Positions 17,782-28,094 of a DNA stretch of 64,000 bases are shown here, piece by piece. Under the pieces are notes generated by a model. The model worked only from the letters and a program-made list of their open reading frames with translations, was not told the origin of the DNA and ran no database searches. The stretch covers positions 58,405 to 122,404 of the forward strand of contig NZBZ01000001.1 in assembly GCA_002686365.1 (NCBI GenBank). Reading direction: 5' to 3'. A program made the position numbers and the translations under genes. The stretch comes from a bacterium (GTDB taxonomy: Bacteria; Patescibacteriota; Minisyncoccia; UBA6257; GWB1-50-10). Positions within the stretch are counted from its first letter, which is position 1, and each line of letters starts with the position of its first letter.

Positions 17782-18132
17782 CTAGCTAATGGTTGATGCG
17801 ATGACTGGTCTTTCGCATTGAGCGAGCGTTCCTTCCCACTCCTCTCTTCCTTCTGCGAGGCGTTTGGCTCCTGTCTCTCGTTGTTCCTCTGACCATGCGC
17901 CCAACTCGTGTTCTCGTTGCGCTCTCTCCATGCCCTCTGCCCAGACTGTGAGTGCATGGTTCACCAGAGATCGCAGCCCTCGTCTCGGCATCTTTACAAC
18001 GAGGATCCATCCCGAACTCGGATCCTTTCTGTTTAGGAATCTGGTTCCGATCGCGAAACCATGGTCGAGAAACCAGTCCTGTCTATCTCTGGTCAGGGCG
18101 GGCTGAAGCAGTTTCCAGAGGTGGGTCGTCAT
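17782..18132 (-). CDS. Hypothetical protein (116 aa)
   Basis: GC-rich ORF; G-rich RBS; promoter TTGACA-17-TATAAA near 18199-18227. Confidence 0.6.
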   Translation of the reverse strand: MTTHLWKLLQPALTRDRQDWFLDHGFAIGTRFLNRKDPSSGWILVVKMPRRGLRSLVNHALTVWAEGMERAQREHELGAWSEEQRETGAKRLAEGREEWEGTLAQCERPVIASTIS

Positions 18133-18364
18133 GGGTATCCCCCCATTATTTGAGTGACTTCTGGAATCATCGCAGGATGTTAATCGTAACCTGCTTTGTT
18201 TATACACTATCTGGGTTGATTTGTCAATTCCTCACATAAATTCAGAAGATTTATGTGAGGGACAAGTCCTTTAAGTCTTTATTTAAGTTCTTTTTTGAGG
18301 AGTTCTGGCACACAAATAAGCACGAATTTGACGTACTAATTACACGAATGACGAATGTATTAAG

Positions 18365-19795
18365 TTACGAGAGCTCCTTTTTTAGAATTTTTTGAATACG
18401 TTGAGGATTACCCTGGCCCTTGAGCTCTTTCATTGTTTGGCCGATTAGGAATTTTAGTGTGTTCTCATTACCGCCTTTGTAGTCTTTTACTGCCTGCTCA
18501 TTCTCCCCTATTACTTTTTGTATGACTTTTAGAATTGCATCTTCGTCAGAAACCTGCTCTATTCCTTCCTTATCCATTATTGCTCTTGGGTCTTCACCGG
18601 TTTCAGCCATTTTTGGAAGAATATCTTTTACCATGCGTGAGGAGAGTTCGCCTTTTGAAGCTAGCGCAGCAAGGTCTGCAAAGTTTTCAGGATTTATTTT
18701 TAGATCTTCAAAAGAAATGTTCTTCTCTTTTAGAAGTCCAAAGAGGTCGGATGTGAGATAGTTGTAAATAAGAGAAGAACATTTTTTTGCATCTTCTGTT
18801 TTACATTCTGATACGGCCTGTTCATAGAACTCTGCAGCACGAGGCTCTGCAACAAGCGTATCAGCCTGCTTTTCGTTTAGCCCATACTCTGATTTGAAGC
18901 GGTCTCGTTTTGCCTGTGGAAGTTCTGGAAGCTCTCGAAAGAGAAGCTCTGTGTCAATGTAGTTTGGGTCAGTGAGATCGAGCTCTGGAAGATCTGGCTC
19001 TGGGAAGTAGCGGTAGTCATGCGCCTCCTCTTTGCTTCTTTGTGATACTGTTTTTTGTTTTTTTTCGTCCCATCCGCGAGTTTCCTGAACTATTTTATCT
19101 CCTCTTCCCAAAAGTTTTTCCTGTCTTTTGATTTCATCATTTATTGCATCTCCTACGATTTTGAAAGAGTTGAGGTTTTTAATCTCTACTTTTGTTCCTA
19201 ATGTTTTTTTATCCTTGCTAATGGAGATGTTTGCTTCTACGCGCATCTCTCCCTTTTCCATGTCTGCATTTGAGACTCTTAGATATCGGAGGGTGAGCTG
19301 AAGTTCTTTTGCAAATTCCATGGCCTGTTTTCCATTTTTGATGTCCGGCTCTGTTACGAGCTCCATTAAGGGTACGCCTGCGCGGTTTAAGTCAACATTG
19401 CTTGATTTTTTATCTTTGGCGTGAAGAAGTTTACCGGTGTCCTCTTCGAGATGGACTCGGGTGATGCGGACATCTTTTAACATTCCGCCTTCAACTAGCG
19501 GGCTTTTGTATTGAGAAATTTGGTATCCCTTTGGCAAATCAGGGTAAAAATAGCTTTTTCTATCAAAATGAGAAAGGTCAGCAATTTTTCCATTTAAGGC
19601 AAGGCCGAGTTTTATTGTTGCCTCCACGGCCTCTTTGTTTATTGTTGGTAGGGTGCCGGGGTGGGCAAGGCAGATTGGGCAAACATTTGCGTTTGGTTTT
19701 GCTTTAAAAGGATCGTTTGCACAGCCGCAAAACATCTTTGTTTTTGTTTTTGGCTCGATATGGATTTCGAGTCCGATTGTTGGAATATAGGCCAT
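18365..19795 (-). CDS. gatB: Asp/Glu-tRNA amidotransferase subunit B
   Basis: IGLEIH, FDRKSYFYPDLPKGYQISQ, DYRYFPEPDLP. Confidence 0.98.
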   Translation of the reverse strand: MAYIPTIGLEIHIEPKTKTKMFCGCANDPFKAKPNANVCPICLAHPGTLPTINKEAVEATIKLGLALNGKIADLSHFDRKSYFYPDLPKGYQISQYKSPLVEGGMLKDVRITRVHLEEDTGKLLHAKDKKSSNVDLNRAGVPLMELVTEPDIKNGKQAMEFAKELQLTLRYLRVSNADMEKGEMRVEANISISKDKKTLGTKVEIKNLNSFKIVGDAINDEIKRQEKLLGRGDKIVQETRGWDEKKQKTVSQRSKEEAHDYRYFPEPDLPELDLTDPNYIDTELLFRELPELPQAKRDRFKSEYGLNEKQADTLVAEPRAAEFYEQAVSECKTEDAKKCSSLIYNYLTSDLFGLLKEKNISFEDLKINPENFADLAALASKGELSSRMVKDILPKMAETGEDPRAIMDKEGIEQVSDEDAILKVIQKVIGENEQAVKDYKGGNENTLKFLIGQTMKELKGQGNPQRIQKILKKELS

Positions 19796-19846
19796 AAGAC
19801 TTAGGACATAAGATATAGGATTATGATATACGAATTATGAATCCTT

Positions 19847-20491
19847 TCACAGTATTGCGTTGACTGCCTGCATCGCTTTTTTGTGTGTTTTTTCAATTGT
19901 GTTGTTTCCGTCTACTGTTTCTATATTTTGAAATCTTTTGAATATTTTTTTGTATCCCTCTCTGTGCGCTTTTAATTTTTCTATTTCGTCAAATAGCTGA
20001 TTCGATTCTCCTCTGCCTCCAATTCTTTTGCGGCATTCTTCGGGAGCTACGTCTATAAATATTGTAAGATCAGGGAGCGGGTAATTCTCGTTTAGCGTGA
20101 AAAGTTCTTCCAAGTTATTTCCAAATGAACCGTATGAGAACGTTGTGAATGCGTATCTGTCTGATACGATTATTTTCCCTTCTTTCAGGTTCGGCAGTAT
20201 AACTTTTTCTACATGTTCTTTCCTGTCTTCTGAAAACAGTTTTTGTAGTTCCTCCAGCTCTATTTTGTATTTTTTTGCGAGCGCATCTTTAATACGTTTT
20301 GCAACAGGAGATGTTTTTGTTGGTTCTACTGTGAGGACTGTTTCTTTTCCTCTGTTCTTCAGCTCATCAGCAATGAGTTCTGCCTGAGTTGTTTTCCCAG
20401 AGCCGTCTAGTCCTTCTACAACGATAAAGAGGCCGCCCTTATCTTGCGAGCCAATTGTATTTCCTCCCAATGATATGATGTCTTTAGTCAC
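19847..20491 (-). CDS. tmk: Thymidylate kinase
   Basis: EGLDGSGKTTQ, SDRY, PDLTIFID. Confidence 0.95.
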   Translation of the reverse strand: MTKDIISLGGNTIGSQDKGGLFIVVEGLDGSGKTTQAELIADELKNRGKETVLTVEPTKTSPVAKRIKDALAKKYKIELEELQKLFSEDRKEHVEKVILPNLKEGKIIVSDRYAFTTFSYGSFGNNLEELFTLNENYPLPDLTIFIDVAPEECRKRIGGRGESNQLFDEIEKLKAHREGYKKIFKRFQNIETVDGNNTIEKTHKKAMQAVNAIL

Positions 20492-21590
20492 TGGCTTTGA
20501 AGTGTTTGCTTAGGCGCGGGCCTTGTTGGTGGGTGTAGTGAGAGCCGATTTCTTCTCCATAGACTCTGTCCGGAGTTTCTGATGTCTTTTCAAAGATGAC
20601 TTTGCATATTGGCTGGTTATCTATCAAAACTATGTTGTCTTCAAAAGGACGTACTTCCAGAACTATAGGCGCGCCTTTTATATTTCCTTCTCTGCCATGG
20701 CCAAATCCGGGATCTATGAATCCCGCATAATGTGAACGGTACTCTCCGCTTCGAACATCCATTGCAGTGATTTCTGCTGCATAGTCTGGGGGCAGGGCAA
20801 GGCGTTCTCTGGTGTAAAGAATGTAGAAGTCTCCTTTTCGCAGAGTGATGCCTTTGTTTTTTGGCTTTATTACTTTTGTGAAGAACTGCTCCGGCTCGTA
20901 GAAGTTTCTTTTTGAAAAGTCCATAAAACTTTGGCTTCCTTCGCATCTCCATCCTACGAATCCGTTTTTTACATCAACTGTGAGGATAAGTCCTCCATCT
21001 CTGTCGCTTACTTTCACCTCATTAAATGGAACTGGTTTGTCGTTAAGATACAGCGCATTATGTTTTTGAAAGAGCTCTTCAAGCTTTCCTTCTGAAAAAC
21101 GGGAGTCTGAATAAAAGAGACGGAGCTGCAAGAGTGTGTCGCCCGGCCCTATTTTTATCCGGAATGATTTTGGCTCGATAATTGCCCAGAGTTTTCCTTT
21201 GAACCCTTTTTCGCCCGCAGAGTCGAAGCGGGAGATTTTATCCGCAAGCATAGTTACTCGGAGATCGATTCTTCCAACCGAGCTTTTTGGATTTGCATAG
21301 CCATACACATCTTTTGGCAGATCGAGTTCTTCTCGTAGCTTTACCAGATATGGTGTGTTTACTTCGAGCGGTAGGTCAAAGGTGTATGGTTCGGCCCCTA
21401 TTTCTTTTATTGCGTCTTCAATTTTTTGTCCTACTTTTGGAAGGAAGACGTGCGGTAGACGGTAAATTTCTTCATCTATTGTAAGGTCGAGACTTGCTGG
21501 CTGAATGTTCTCTTTATTGCCGTTTTTGATGTTTCCGTCCTCTATGAGTTTTTTAATATGTTGTGATGGGAGTGCTCCTTGATTATTCAT
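20484..21590 (-). CDS. dcd: dCTP deaminase, two-domain type
   Basis: QPASLDL, ANPKSSVGRID, HYAGFIDPGFG, VLEVR. Confidence 0.9.
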   Translation of the reverse strand: MNNQGALPSQHIKKLIEDGNIKNGNKENIQPASLDLTIDEEIYRLPHVFLPKVGQKIEDAIKEIGAEPYTFDLPLEVNTPYLVKLREELDLPKDVYGYANPKSSVGRIDLRVTMLADKISRFDSAGEKGFKGKLWAIIEPKSFRIKIGPGDTLLQLRLFYSDSRFSEGKLEELFQKHNALYLNDKPVPFNEVKVSDRDGGLILTVDVKNGFVGWRCEGSQSFMDFSKRNFYEPEQFFTKVIKPKNKGITLRKGDFYILYTRERLALPPDYAAEITAMDVRSGEYRSHYAGFIDPGFGHGREGNIKGAPIVLEVRPFEDNIVLIDNQPICKVIFEKTSETPDRVYGEEIGSHYTHQQGPRLSKHFKASD

Positions 21591-21682
21591 TGGAATTAAG
21601 AATAAAGAATTTTTGATTTTGGTTCAAGCAATCAAAAACCCCTCTAACGTAATGTCAAAGGGGTCTTAGTTCAATGGGCTCT

Positions 21683-22108
21683 TTACTTCTTTACATCAAT
21701 TCCCATGCTTCTGGCTGTGCCCTCTATGATTTTCATTGCGGCTTCTACATCAGTTGCGTTAAGGTCTTCCATCTTTCGCTCAGCGATTTCTCTGACCTGA
21801 TCTTTTGTTACCTTTCCTGCTTTTTTGTTTAGTATGTCTCCTGATCCTTTTTCCACTCCTGCCGCCTTTTTTAGAAGCGCTGATGCTGGCGGTGTTTTTA
21901 AAACAAAAACAAATGATCTGTCTTCATAGACAGTGATTTCTGCGGGAATGACATCTCCGCCCATATCTTTTGTTTCCTCATTAAACTTTTGGCAGAACTC
22001 CTGAATGTTTATTCCATGCTGACCAAGTGCTGGACCGATTGGCGGCGCTGGATTTGCCTTCCCTGCAGGAATTTGAAGTTTTAGAGTTGCTTTGATTGTT
22101 TTTGGCAT
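21683..22108 (-). CDS. rplK: 50S ribosomal protein L11
   Basis: [18 protein letters not shown]. Confidence 0.98.
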   Translation of the reverse strand: MPKTIKATLKLQIPAGKANPAPPIGPALGQHGINIQEFCQKFNEETKDMGGDVIPAEITVYEDRSFVFVLKTPPASALLKKAAGVEKGSGDILNKKAGKVTKDQVREIAERKMEDLNATDVEAAMKIIEGTARSMGIDVKK

Positions 22109-22110
22109 AT

Positions 22111-22644
22111 TTATACTTTTTGTACCTGAAGAGAATCTAATTCTACTAGCGTATCGCGTCCGAAAATTGGTACAAGTACTTTAATCTTTCCTCGTTCCTC
22201 ATCTACCTCTGCGACCTTCCCTTCATTATCTTTGAATGGGCCGTCAGTAATTCTTACTGTATCATTTGCTTTGAAATCAATTTGGAAGCTTGGTTCTTTT
22301 TCTCCCATTCGATTCATAAGGTCATCTACCTCGCTTTGTGATAATGGAGCTGGATTGGAAGCGTTTGGACCTACGAATCCTGTTACTCTCGGAGTGTTTC
22401 GAACTACATACCATGAGTCATTGTCGAGAGCCATTTCAACCAGAATATATCCGGGGTAGATTTTTTCTTCTATCTTATATCTTTTTCCATTCTTTACTTT
22501 AATTTTTGTTTCTTTTGGGACAACGACGTTAAAAATCTTGTCATTCATGGCAAGAGATTCTACGCGCTGCTTTAAATAACGCCCAACAGCGTCTTCATAT
22601 CCAGAATACGTATGGATTGCGTACCAACGCTTTTCTGTCTGCAT
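22111..22644 (-). CDS. nusG: Transcription factor NusG
   Basis: [26 protein letters not shown] domain. Confidence 0.97.
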   Translation of the reverse strand: MQTEKRWYAIHTYSGYEDAVGRYLKQRVESLAMNDKIFNVVVPKETKIKVKNGKRYKIEEKIYPGYILVEMALDNDSWYVVRNTPRVTGFVGPNASNPAPLSQSEVDDLMNRMGEKEPSFQIDFKANDTVRITDGPFKDNEGKVAEVDEERGKIKVLVPIFGRDTLVELDSLQVQKV

Positions 22645-22658
22645 ACGTTAGTTCTTAA

Positions 22659-22850
22659 TTATACAATAAATAAATCTAGGGCTCTTACAAATATGATATC
22701 GAGTATTCCTAGAAATGCTGCTATAAGCAATGCTAGCACTACGACGAATGCTGTAAACCGAGTAGTTTCTTTTTTTGACGGCCAGTTTACTTTGCCTAGC
22801 TCTTGCCTTGCTTCTTTAAAGAAGTTTCCAGCTTTTTCTCCTGCGTTCAT
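22659..22850 (-). CDS. secE: Preprotein translocase SecE
   Basis: ELGKVNWPSKKE plus TM helix; upstream of nusG. Confidence 0.95.
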   Translation of the reverse strand: MNAGEKAGNFFKEARQELGKVNWPSKKETTRFTAFVVVLALLIAAFLGILDIIFVRALDLFIV

Positions 22851-22885
22851 AGTGGTGTGTGGCGCAAATATTATTAGAAATTTCG

Positions 22886-24862
22886 TTATATGTCAAGATT
22901 CTTAACATTAGTGGCGTAGGCCTGAATGAAGTTTTTGCGCGGTTCTACAGTTTCTCCCATCAATACATCGAAGAGCTTATCTGTTTCTACTGCGTCAGCA
23001 ATTGTGACGCGTTTTAGAGTTCGTACCTCTGGATCCATTGTGGTTTCCCAAAGCTGATTTGCATTCATCTCTCCTAGTCCTTTGTATCTTTGGATGTTTA
23101 CTTTATCTTTTTTGCCTTTTGTGAGCTTGTCTAGTTCCTTATCTGTGTACAAGTACGTTGCGCTCTTCCCTTTTTGAATTTTGTAGAGAGGGGGCTGGGC
23201 TATGTATAGATATCCATCTTCAATGATTTTCGGGAAGTATCTGTAGAATAATGTGAGAAGAAGTGTGCGGATGTGTGCGCCATCAACGTCTGCGTCTGTC
23301 ATAATAACTATTTTATGGTATCTAAGTTTTTCAATATCGAAGCTGTCGGAGATAGCAGTGCCAAGCGCTATTACGAGCGCTTTTATTTCTTTGTTTGCCA
23401 GCATTTTATCAATGCGAGCCTTTTCTACGTTTAGGATTTTTCCACGGAGCGGAAGGATTGCCTGAGTTCGTCTATCTCGTCCGCTTTTTGCTGTGCCTCC
23501 GGCAGAATCACCCTCTACGATAAATAGCTCAGACTCTTCTGGATTTCGTGATGTGCAGTCAGCAAGCTTTCCCGGAAGGGCAAGACCTTCGAGCGCGCCT
23601 TTTCTTAGTACTGTATCTTTTGCTGCTTTTGCTGCTTTTCTTGCTTTTGCGGCGAGAAGATTTTTCTCAATTGCCCGCTTTGCATCTTGCGGATAGCGTT
23701 CGAGGAATTCTTTAAGCGCTCTTCCGGTTACTGCTTCTACTCCGGTTCTTGCTTCTGGATTTCCAAGCCTAGCTTTTGTCTGCCCTTCAAACTGGGGCTC
23801 TTTAATCTTTACTGAAATTGCCGCAACAAGTCCTTCGCGCACGTCATCTCCTGTTAGTCCGTCTTTGGCATCTTTTATTAGACCTTCTTTTTTTGCATAT
23901 TCATTTAGAGTTCTTGTAAGTGCTGTGCGAAAGCCAGTGAGATGCATGCCGCCGTCTGGAGTGTAGATGTTGTTTGCAAAACTCATTTCTTCACTCTCTA
24001 CATCGTTTGTGTATGTGAAGGCAACTTCTACGTCTACCTCCTCAGCTTCTTTGTGTGTGTAGAAGTAGTTTGCCTGCAGAGGGTCATTTTTGCCTATTAG
24101 GTAATCGAGGAAGGCGTTTAGCCCGCCTTCGAAGTAGAAGGAGTGGTAGAAAGGTTTTTCTTCTCTTGTGTCTTCAAATTCAATTCGCACTCCTTTTGTT
24201 AAGTAGGCCTGTTGCCTGAGATGGTCTAGAATCTTTTTTCGGTTGAACTCAATTCTTTCGAAAATTTCCGGGTCTGGAGAAAAGATAACTTTTGTTCCTC
24301 CTTTTCTACACATGCCAACTTTTTTCATTTTATGGCATGGCTTGCCCCGTTTGTATTCCTGTGAATACATTTTTCCGTCACGGCAGACTTCAACTCGAAC
24401 CCATTCAGAGAGAGCGTTTACTACAGATACACCAACTCCGTGAAGACCTCCGGCCACCTTATATGAATCGCCTCCGAACTTACCTCCTGCGTGCAGAGTG
24501 GTCATTACTGTTTCAAGAGCTGGTTTTTTTGTCTGAGGGTGAATGTCTACGGGGATGCCGCGGCCATCATCTGTGATTGCAACTTTATTATCTGGAAGAA
24601 GTTCAATCCTTACATTTTTTGCATAGCCTGCCATTGCCTCGTCAATGGAGTTATCTGCTACCTCCCAGACTAGGTGATGCAGACCGTCGACTCCTGTGGA
24701 GCCGATATACATGCCAGGCCGTTTTCGGACTGGTTCGAGACCCTCCAACACATAGATGTCCTTTGCCTTATATGAAGGGTCTTTAGAGGACTTCTTTTTT
24801 GTTGTTTTAGAAGGCTTTTTTAGAGCTTTTTTTGCGGGTTCTTTTGCTTGTTTTTTAGGCAT
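22886..24862 (-). CDS. gyrB: DNA gyrase subunit B
   Basis: VRKRPGMYIG, GGLHGVG, EGDSAGG, PLRGK, DADVDG, QRYKGLGEMN. Confidence 0.95.
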   Translation of the reverse strand: MPKKQAKEPAKKALKKPSKTTKKKSSKDPSYKAKDIYVLEGLEPVRKRPGMYIGSTGVDGLHHLVWEVADNSIDEAMAGYAKNVRIELLPDNKVAITDDGRGIPVDIHPQTKKPALETVMTTLHAGGKFGGDSYKVAGGLHGVGVSVVNALSEWVRVEVCRDGKMYSQEYKRGKPCHKMKKVGMCRKGGTKVIFSPDPEIFERIEFNRKKILDHLRQQAYLTKGVRIEFEDTREEKPFYHSFYFEGGLNAFLDYLIGKNDPLQANYFYTHKEAEEVDVEVAFTYTNDVESEEMSFANNIYTPDGGMHLTGFRTALTRTLNEYAKKEGLIKDAKDGLTGDDVREGLVAAISVKIKEPQFEGQTKARLGNPEARTGVEAVTGRALKEFLERYPQDAKRAIEKNLLAAKARKAAKAAKDTVLRKGALEGLALPGKLADCTSRNPEESELFIVEGDSAGGTAKSGRDRRTQAILPLRGKILNVEKARIDKMLANKEIKALVIALGTAISDSFDIEKLRYHKIVIMTDADVDGAHIRTLLLTLFYRYFPKIIEDGYLYIAQPPLYKIQKGKSATYLYTDKELDKLTKGKKDKVNIQRYKGLGEMNANQLWETTMDPEVRTLKRVTIADAVETDKLFDVLMGETVEPRKNFIQAYATNVKNLDI

Positions 24863-24993
24863 TTCGTTAGTTAATTTCAAGGCCTTTTTACTCCTTTATT
24901 ATACCAAAAGGGGGGGCTTGAAACAAGGGAAATTTGGGCCTGAAAAGACGAAAAAAAGACCGGCGTTTCGGATTACGTCGGCCTTGCGTTGAG

Positions 24994-26556
24994 CTAGTCG
25001 GTTGCTTGTTCCCCTTGGGAAGGGTGCAGGGCAGCCTTGATCGCTGCTTCTTCTGCCTCCTCCAGAAGACTGGTGAGTCTCTGAGAGCATGCTATTGCGA
25101 TGCGGAGTCGACCAACCCTCTCTTCCGGACTTTCGGCTTCAGCGTCCTGCCAGCGCGACTCGATGCTTCGAAGTAATTCGAGTGCTGGATCGTCAGACGT
25201 TTGTTGTTCGGTCGTCGGCTCATCAGATGGGGCGTCTGCAGGCGGCGCAGTCTCTTGGTCGAAGGGTCCGATGATCCAAATCTGCGGTCCAGTTGGATCT
25301 ACTCGGACTTGCCTTACGACTCCTCGTGCTTCGAGGTCTCCTCCCCTTCTTTTGGCTGTCGGCTCAGTGTATTTCGTGAGTGCTTCGATGGCTTCCCATG
25401 GAATGGACTGTAGGCGCAGCCATCCGTCTTTGAGGCCAACTTGGACAATCGTGTCCTTCTGAAGAAGAAGATCGTGGATCTCTGCTAGCGTGAATCCACT
25501 GCCTCTCAGATGACTCTCTTGGACGTGACCGTGAAAGTCGGCGAGCGTACCGTATTCTGTCTTGTGACGGGGACAGATGATTGCTGGCTCACTGGTTGGG
25601 GCTGGGTCTTGGTCGTTACCTCCTGCGTGGTCTGCGTCGTGTTCGGGCGCGTCATCGTCGGGGCTGATGACGGTGATTGTGTCGCCGTGGTCTTCGATCC
25701 TTCCATCTCCTGCGAGTGAGGAAAGGTAGGCCTCTTCCGCGTTGTTGTCTTCAGCTGTATCTCCTAGTGCGTCCTGCAGCCAAGTAGAGATTGTTCGGAT
25801 CGCAGCTTCACGAGAGATTTGTCCGTTGCTGTCAGCAAGATCAAGAAGGACTCTGTGGGCGTCTTCGAGGGTCAGGCTGCTGCTGTCGTCGGTTTCGACT
25901 TCATCTGCGGCCGCTGATTCGCTTCTGGGTCCTCTTGCGGTAGTCGTCCCGGCTCCTTGGGTGGATCCTTGTGTCTCGGATGCCTCACGTCTTCTTCGTG
26001 TGGGTCTTCCTGTCTCGTGATGTCCGTGCGAAGCCTGCGTAGTCGTCCCACCACTTTCAGGTGGTTCAGTGATGATCCAGACAGGTTCTTCCTCTCGAAT
26101 GGCTCCTGTGTTGATCAGGGCGGTTTCTATGCCTAGCCCGTTCGAGCCTGGCATGGCCTCCAGGAAACTCGCGGGGCGAATTTCCATCTGACGCGTCACG
26201 TCTCCAGCATTCACCTGGTTAGCATTGTTCCAGAGTAGCACGTGCGCGCGTCTCTGCGCCTCTGCGGTCTGCACGGCACTTGCTTCGTCTCTTGCCATTA
26301 GTTCGCTCCTTCCCGCTGTTTCGGCGGGAGGCTGTTCCTTACGTGATGTTGGGAGTGCAAGACGGGGGCTTGGCTCGAGATCTTCAGTCTGTACAGTTAT
26401 CTCTTGCCTTGATGCTCTTCGTCGGTGGATCGCGAGTTTTCGCTCTCTGGGCCTAGTGATGGAAAACTCTCCGGGCCCATCGATGCTCATCAGGTGGTTT
26501 TGGATGAGTTGGAGCGTTGCATCTCCTGCTTCTTCTTCAGAAATCTCTAGTTGCAT
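24994..26556 (-). CDS. Large acidic hypothetical protein with a C2H2-like motif (true start uncertain)
   Basis: 520-aa GC-rich ORF; CPRH...FHGHVQESH; frame stays open ~64 codons upstream. Confidence 0.7.
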   Translation of the reverse strand: MQLEISEEEAGDATLQLIQNHLMSIDGPGEFSITRPRERKLAIHRRRASRQEITVQTEDLEPSPRLALPTSRKEQPPAETAGRSELMARDEASAVQTAEAQRRAHVLLWNNANQVNAGDVTRQMEIRPASFLEAMPGSNGLGIETALINTGAIREEEPVWIITEPPESGGTTTQASHGHHETGRPTRRRREASETQGSTQGAGTTTARGPRSESAAADEVETDDSSSLTLEDAHRVLLDLADSNGQISREAAIRTISTWLQDALGDTAEDNNAEEAYLSSLAGDGRIEDHGDTITVISPDDDAPEHDADHAGGNDQDPAPTSEPAIICPRHKTEYGTLADFHGHVQESHLRGSGFTLAEIHDLLLQKDTIVQVGLKDGWLRLQSIPWEAIEALTKYTEPTAKRRGGDLEARGVVRQVRVDPTGPQIWIIGPFDQETAPPADAPSDEPTTEQQTSDDPALELLRSIESRWQDAEAESPEERVGRLRIAIACSQRLTSLLEEAEEAAIKAALHPSQGEQATD

Positions 26557-26828
26557 GAGAATTCCAACAGGAGATCCTGTGAATGTCCGAACATCACTGG
26601 TCTCTGTGGCGCTAGCTGCGGCACGGTTCCAGAGGATGCGATGTATTCTTATGGGCGGCTTGGATACTTTCCATCCTTTTCTGGTGTCGACGAGGACGTA
26701 TCTCTTCCGCAGCTCACTGATAGCGTCTTGAGCGTAGCTATCATCTGCTCACGTATGCAAATAAATTTGCATACTTCCCGCGCTAGCAAAAATCCCGACT
26801 CTTATAAGAATCGGGATTTCTCTAGTAG

Positions 26829-26913
26829 TGCGCGGGAGAGGACTTGAACCTCCACGTCCCTAGGGGACAATAGCCCCTCAAGCTATAGCGTCTACCAATT
26901 CCGCCACCCGCGC
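26829..26913 (-). tRNA. tRNA-Leu(GAG)
   Basis: GCGCGGG/CCCGCGC acceptor, ATAGC-TTGAGGG-GCTAT anticodon arm, long variable arm, GTTCAAGTC T-loop. Confidence 0.96.
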
Positions 26914-27576
26914 ATTATTTTCTTTGTCTATTTTAAGTATTCTTTGGGTTTTAGCAACTTTTCTTAAGAGACAAGGAATTTTTTCTTTATAATATATTCT
27001 TTTTATAAGTTTTTTGCTTTCAGTTTTTGCAAACTCTAACATCCATGCTCTCGTTGCGACTTTTACACCTCCCTTAATGGAGCTTTGTTTTTCTATCTTT
27101 TTTTGTAGCCACTTTAGAAATTCTGGGCTCGCTGATATGAATCTGATGTAAAACATATAACTGCTTCTCCACCTTTTGTCCCAGTACGAGTATATGCACC
27201 CATCTCCGTCAAAACACCCTCGTAAAAAATCGAAAAAATAATTATCAGGTATTTTTAGCTCTCCCAGTGTTTTCGATTTATTCGGAGTCATTCCGATGCT
27301 TACGAGCCAGCTATAGAATAATACGTTACTTATTTGGGTGCGGTGGTAGATATTTTTATTGTTATGACTACTTATTTTTCTGCTAATTTTTAGCCCTTCT
27401 ATTCCTAGACATTTTTGGAATGTTTTTATTAGCTCTTTGTCTTTTGAGGTAAAATCGATGTGACGCTTGTCTTTTGAAAGACAGCCATCGGTTGCTATGA
27501 GTCCAACTGCATATGCAAGTTCTGCTGACCAGTTAGTAGAAATTTTTTTCTTGGGCTTGGGTCCCCTTTTCCCCAT
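26878..27576 (-). CDS. LAGLIDADG-family endonuclease-like protein
   Basis: Two motifs, LAYAVGLIATDGC and FLRGCFDGDGC. Confidence 0.88.
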   Translation of the reverse strand: MGKRGPKPKKKISTNWSAELAYAVGLIATDGCLSKDKRHIDFTSKDKELIKTFQKCLGIEGLKISRKISSHNNKNIYHRTQISNVLFYSWLVSIGMTPNKSKTLGELKIPDNYFFDFLRGCFDGDGCIYSYWDKRWRSSYMFYIRFISASPEFLKWLQKKIEKQSSIKGGVKVATRAWMLEFAKTESKKLIKRIYYKEKIPCLLRKVAKTQRILKIDKENNARVAELVDAIA

Positions 27577-27671
27577 ATTTTAATTTTACCTTTTATTTTA
27601 AGAGTTTTCTATACTAAAAAGAAAGATCGTCAAATCAAAAATCCTCATGCTATGCAGCGTGAGGATTTTTG

Positions 27672-27998
27672 TTAAAAGCTAATTCCGAGTTTTTCCTGTA
27701 TTTTTTTAGGAGAGAGTTTGCGAATATAGTATAGTTTTGATTTGCGCACCCTCTTGGGTTTTCCAAGAATATCTATCTTATCAACCATTGGACTCATGAG
27801 TGGATATACTTTCTCTACTCCAACCTCCTGAATGATTCCTCGCACAGTAAATGTAGCGCCTGCTTCTTTGCCGTGCTTTCGCGCAATAATAATTCCTGTG
27901 AAGGGACTTTTTCTTTTTTTGTCTCCTTCTTTTACAATTTCCCAGACTTTTACCTTTATGCCGGGGCGTAATTCTTTTATTGTTTTTTCATCTAGCAT
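27672..27998 (-). CDS. rplS: 50S ribosomal protein L19
   Basis: TFTVR...VGVEKVYP...VRKSKLYYIR. Confidence 0.95.
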   Translation of the reverse strand: MLDEKTIKELRPGIKVKVWEIVKEGDKKRKSPFTGIIIARKHGKEAGATFTVRGIIQEVGVEKVYPLMSPMVDKIDILGKPKRVRKSKLYYIRKLSPKKIQEKLGISF

Positions 27999-28094
27999 GT
28001 TTTTAGAAATTAGTTCTGCCTGTTAGCAGGCAAAGACTAGGAAATAGTAAGTATAATTTGCTGAAAAGTCAATCCATCACATAGCCTTGTGAGA

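Noticed and set aside
26829-27576. Group I intron or intein hosting the LAGLIDADG ORF
   Set aside because: The tRNA is contiguous, rplS is intact, and no splice or intein terminal motifs are visible.
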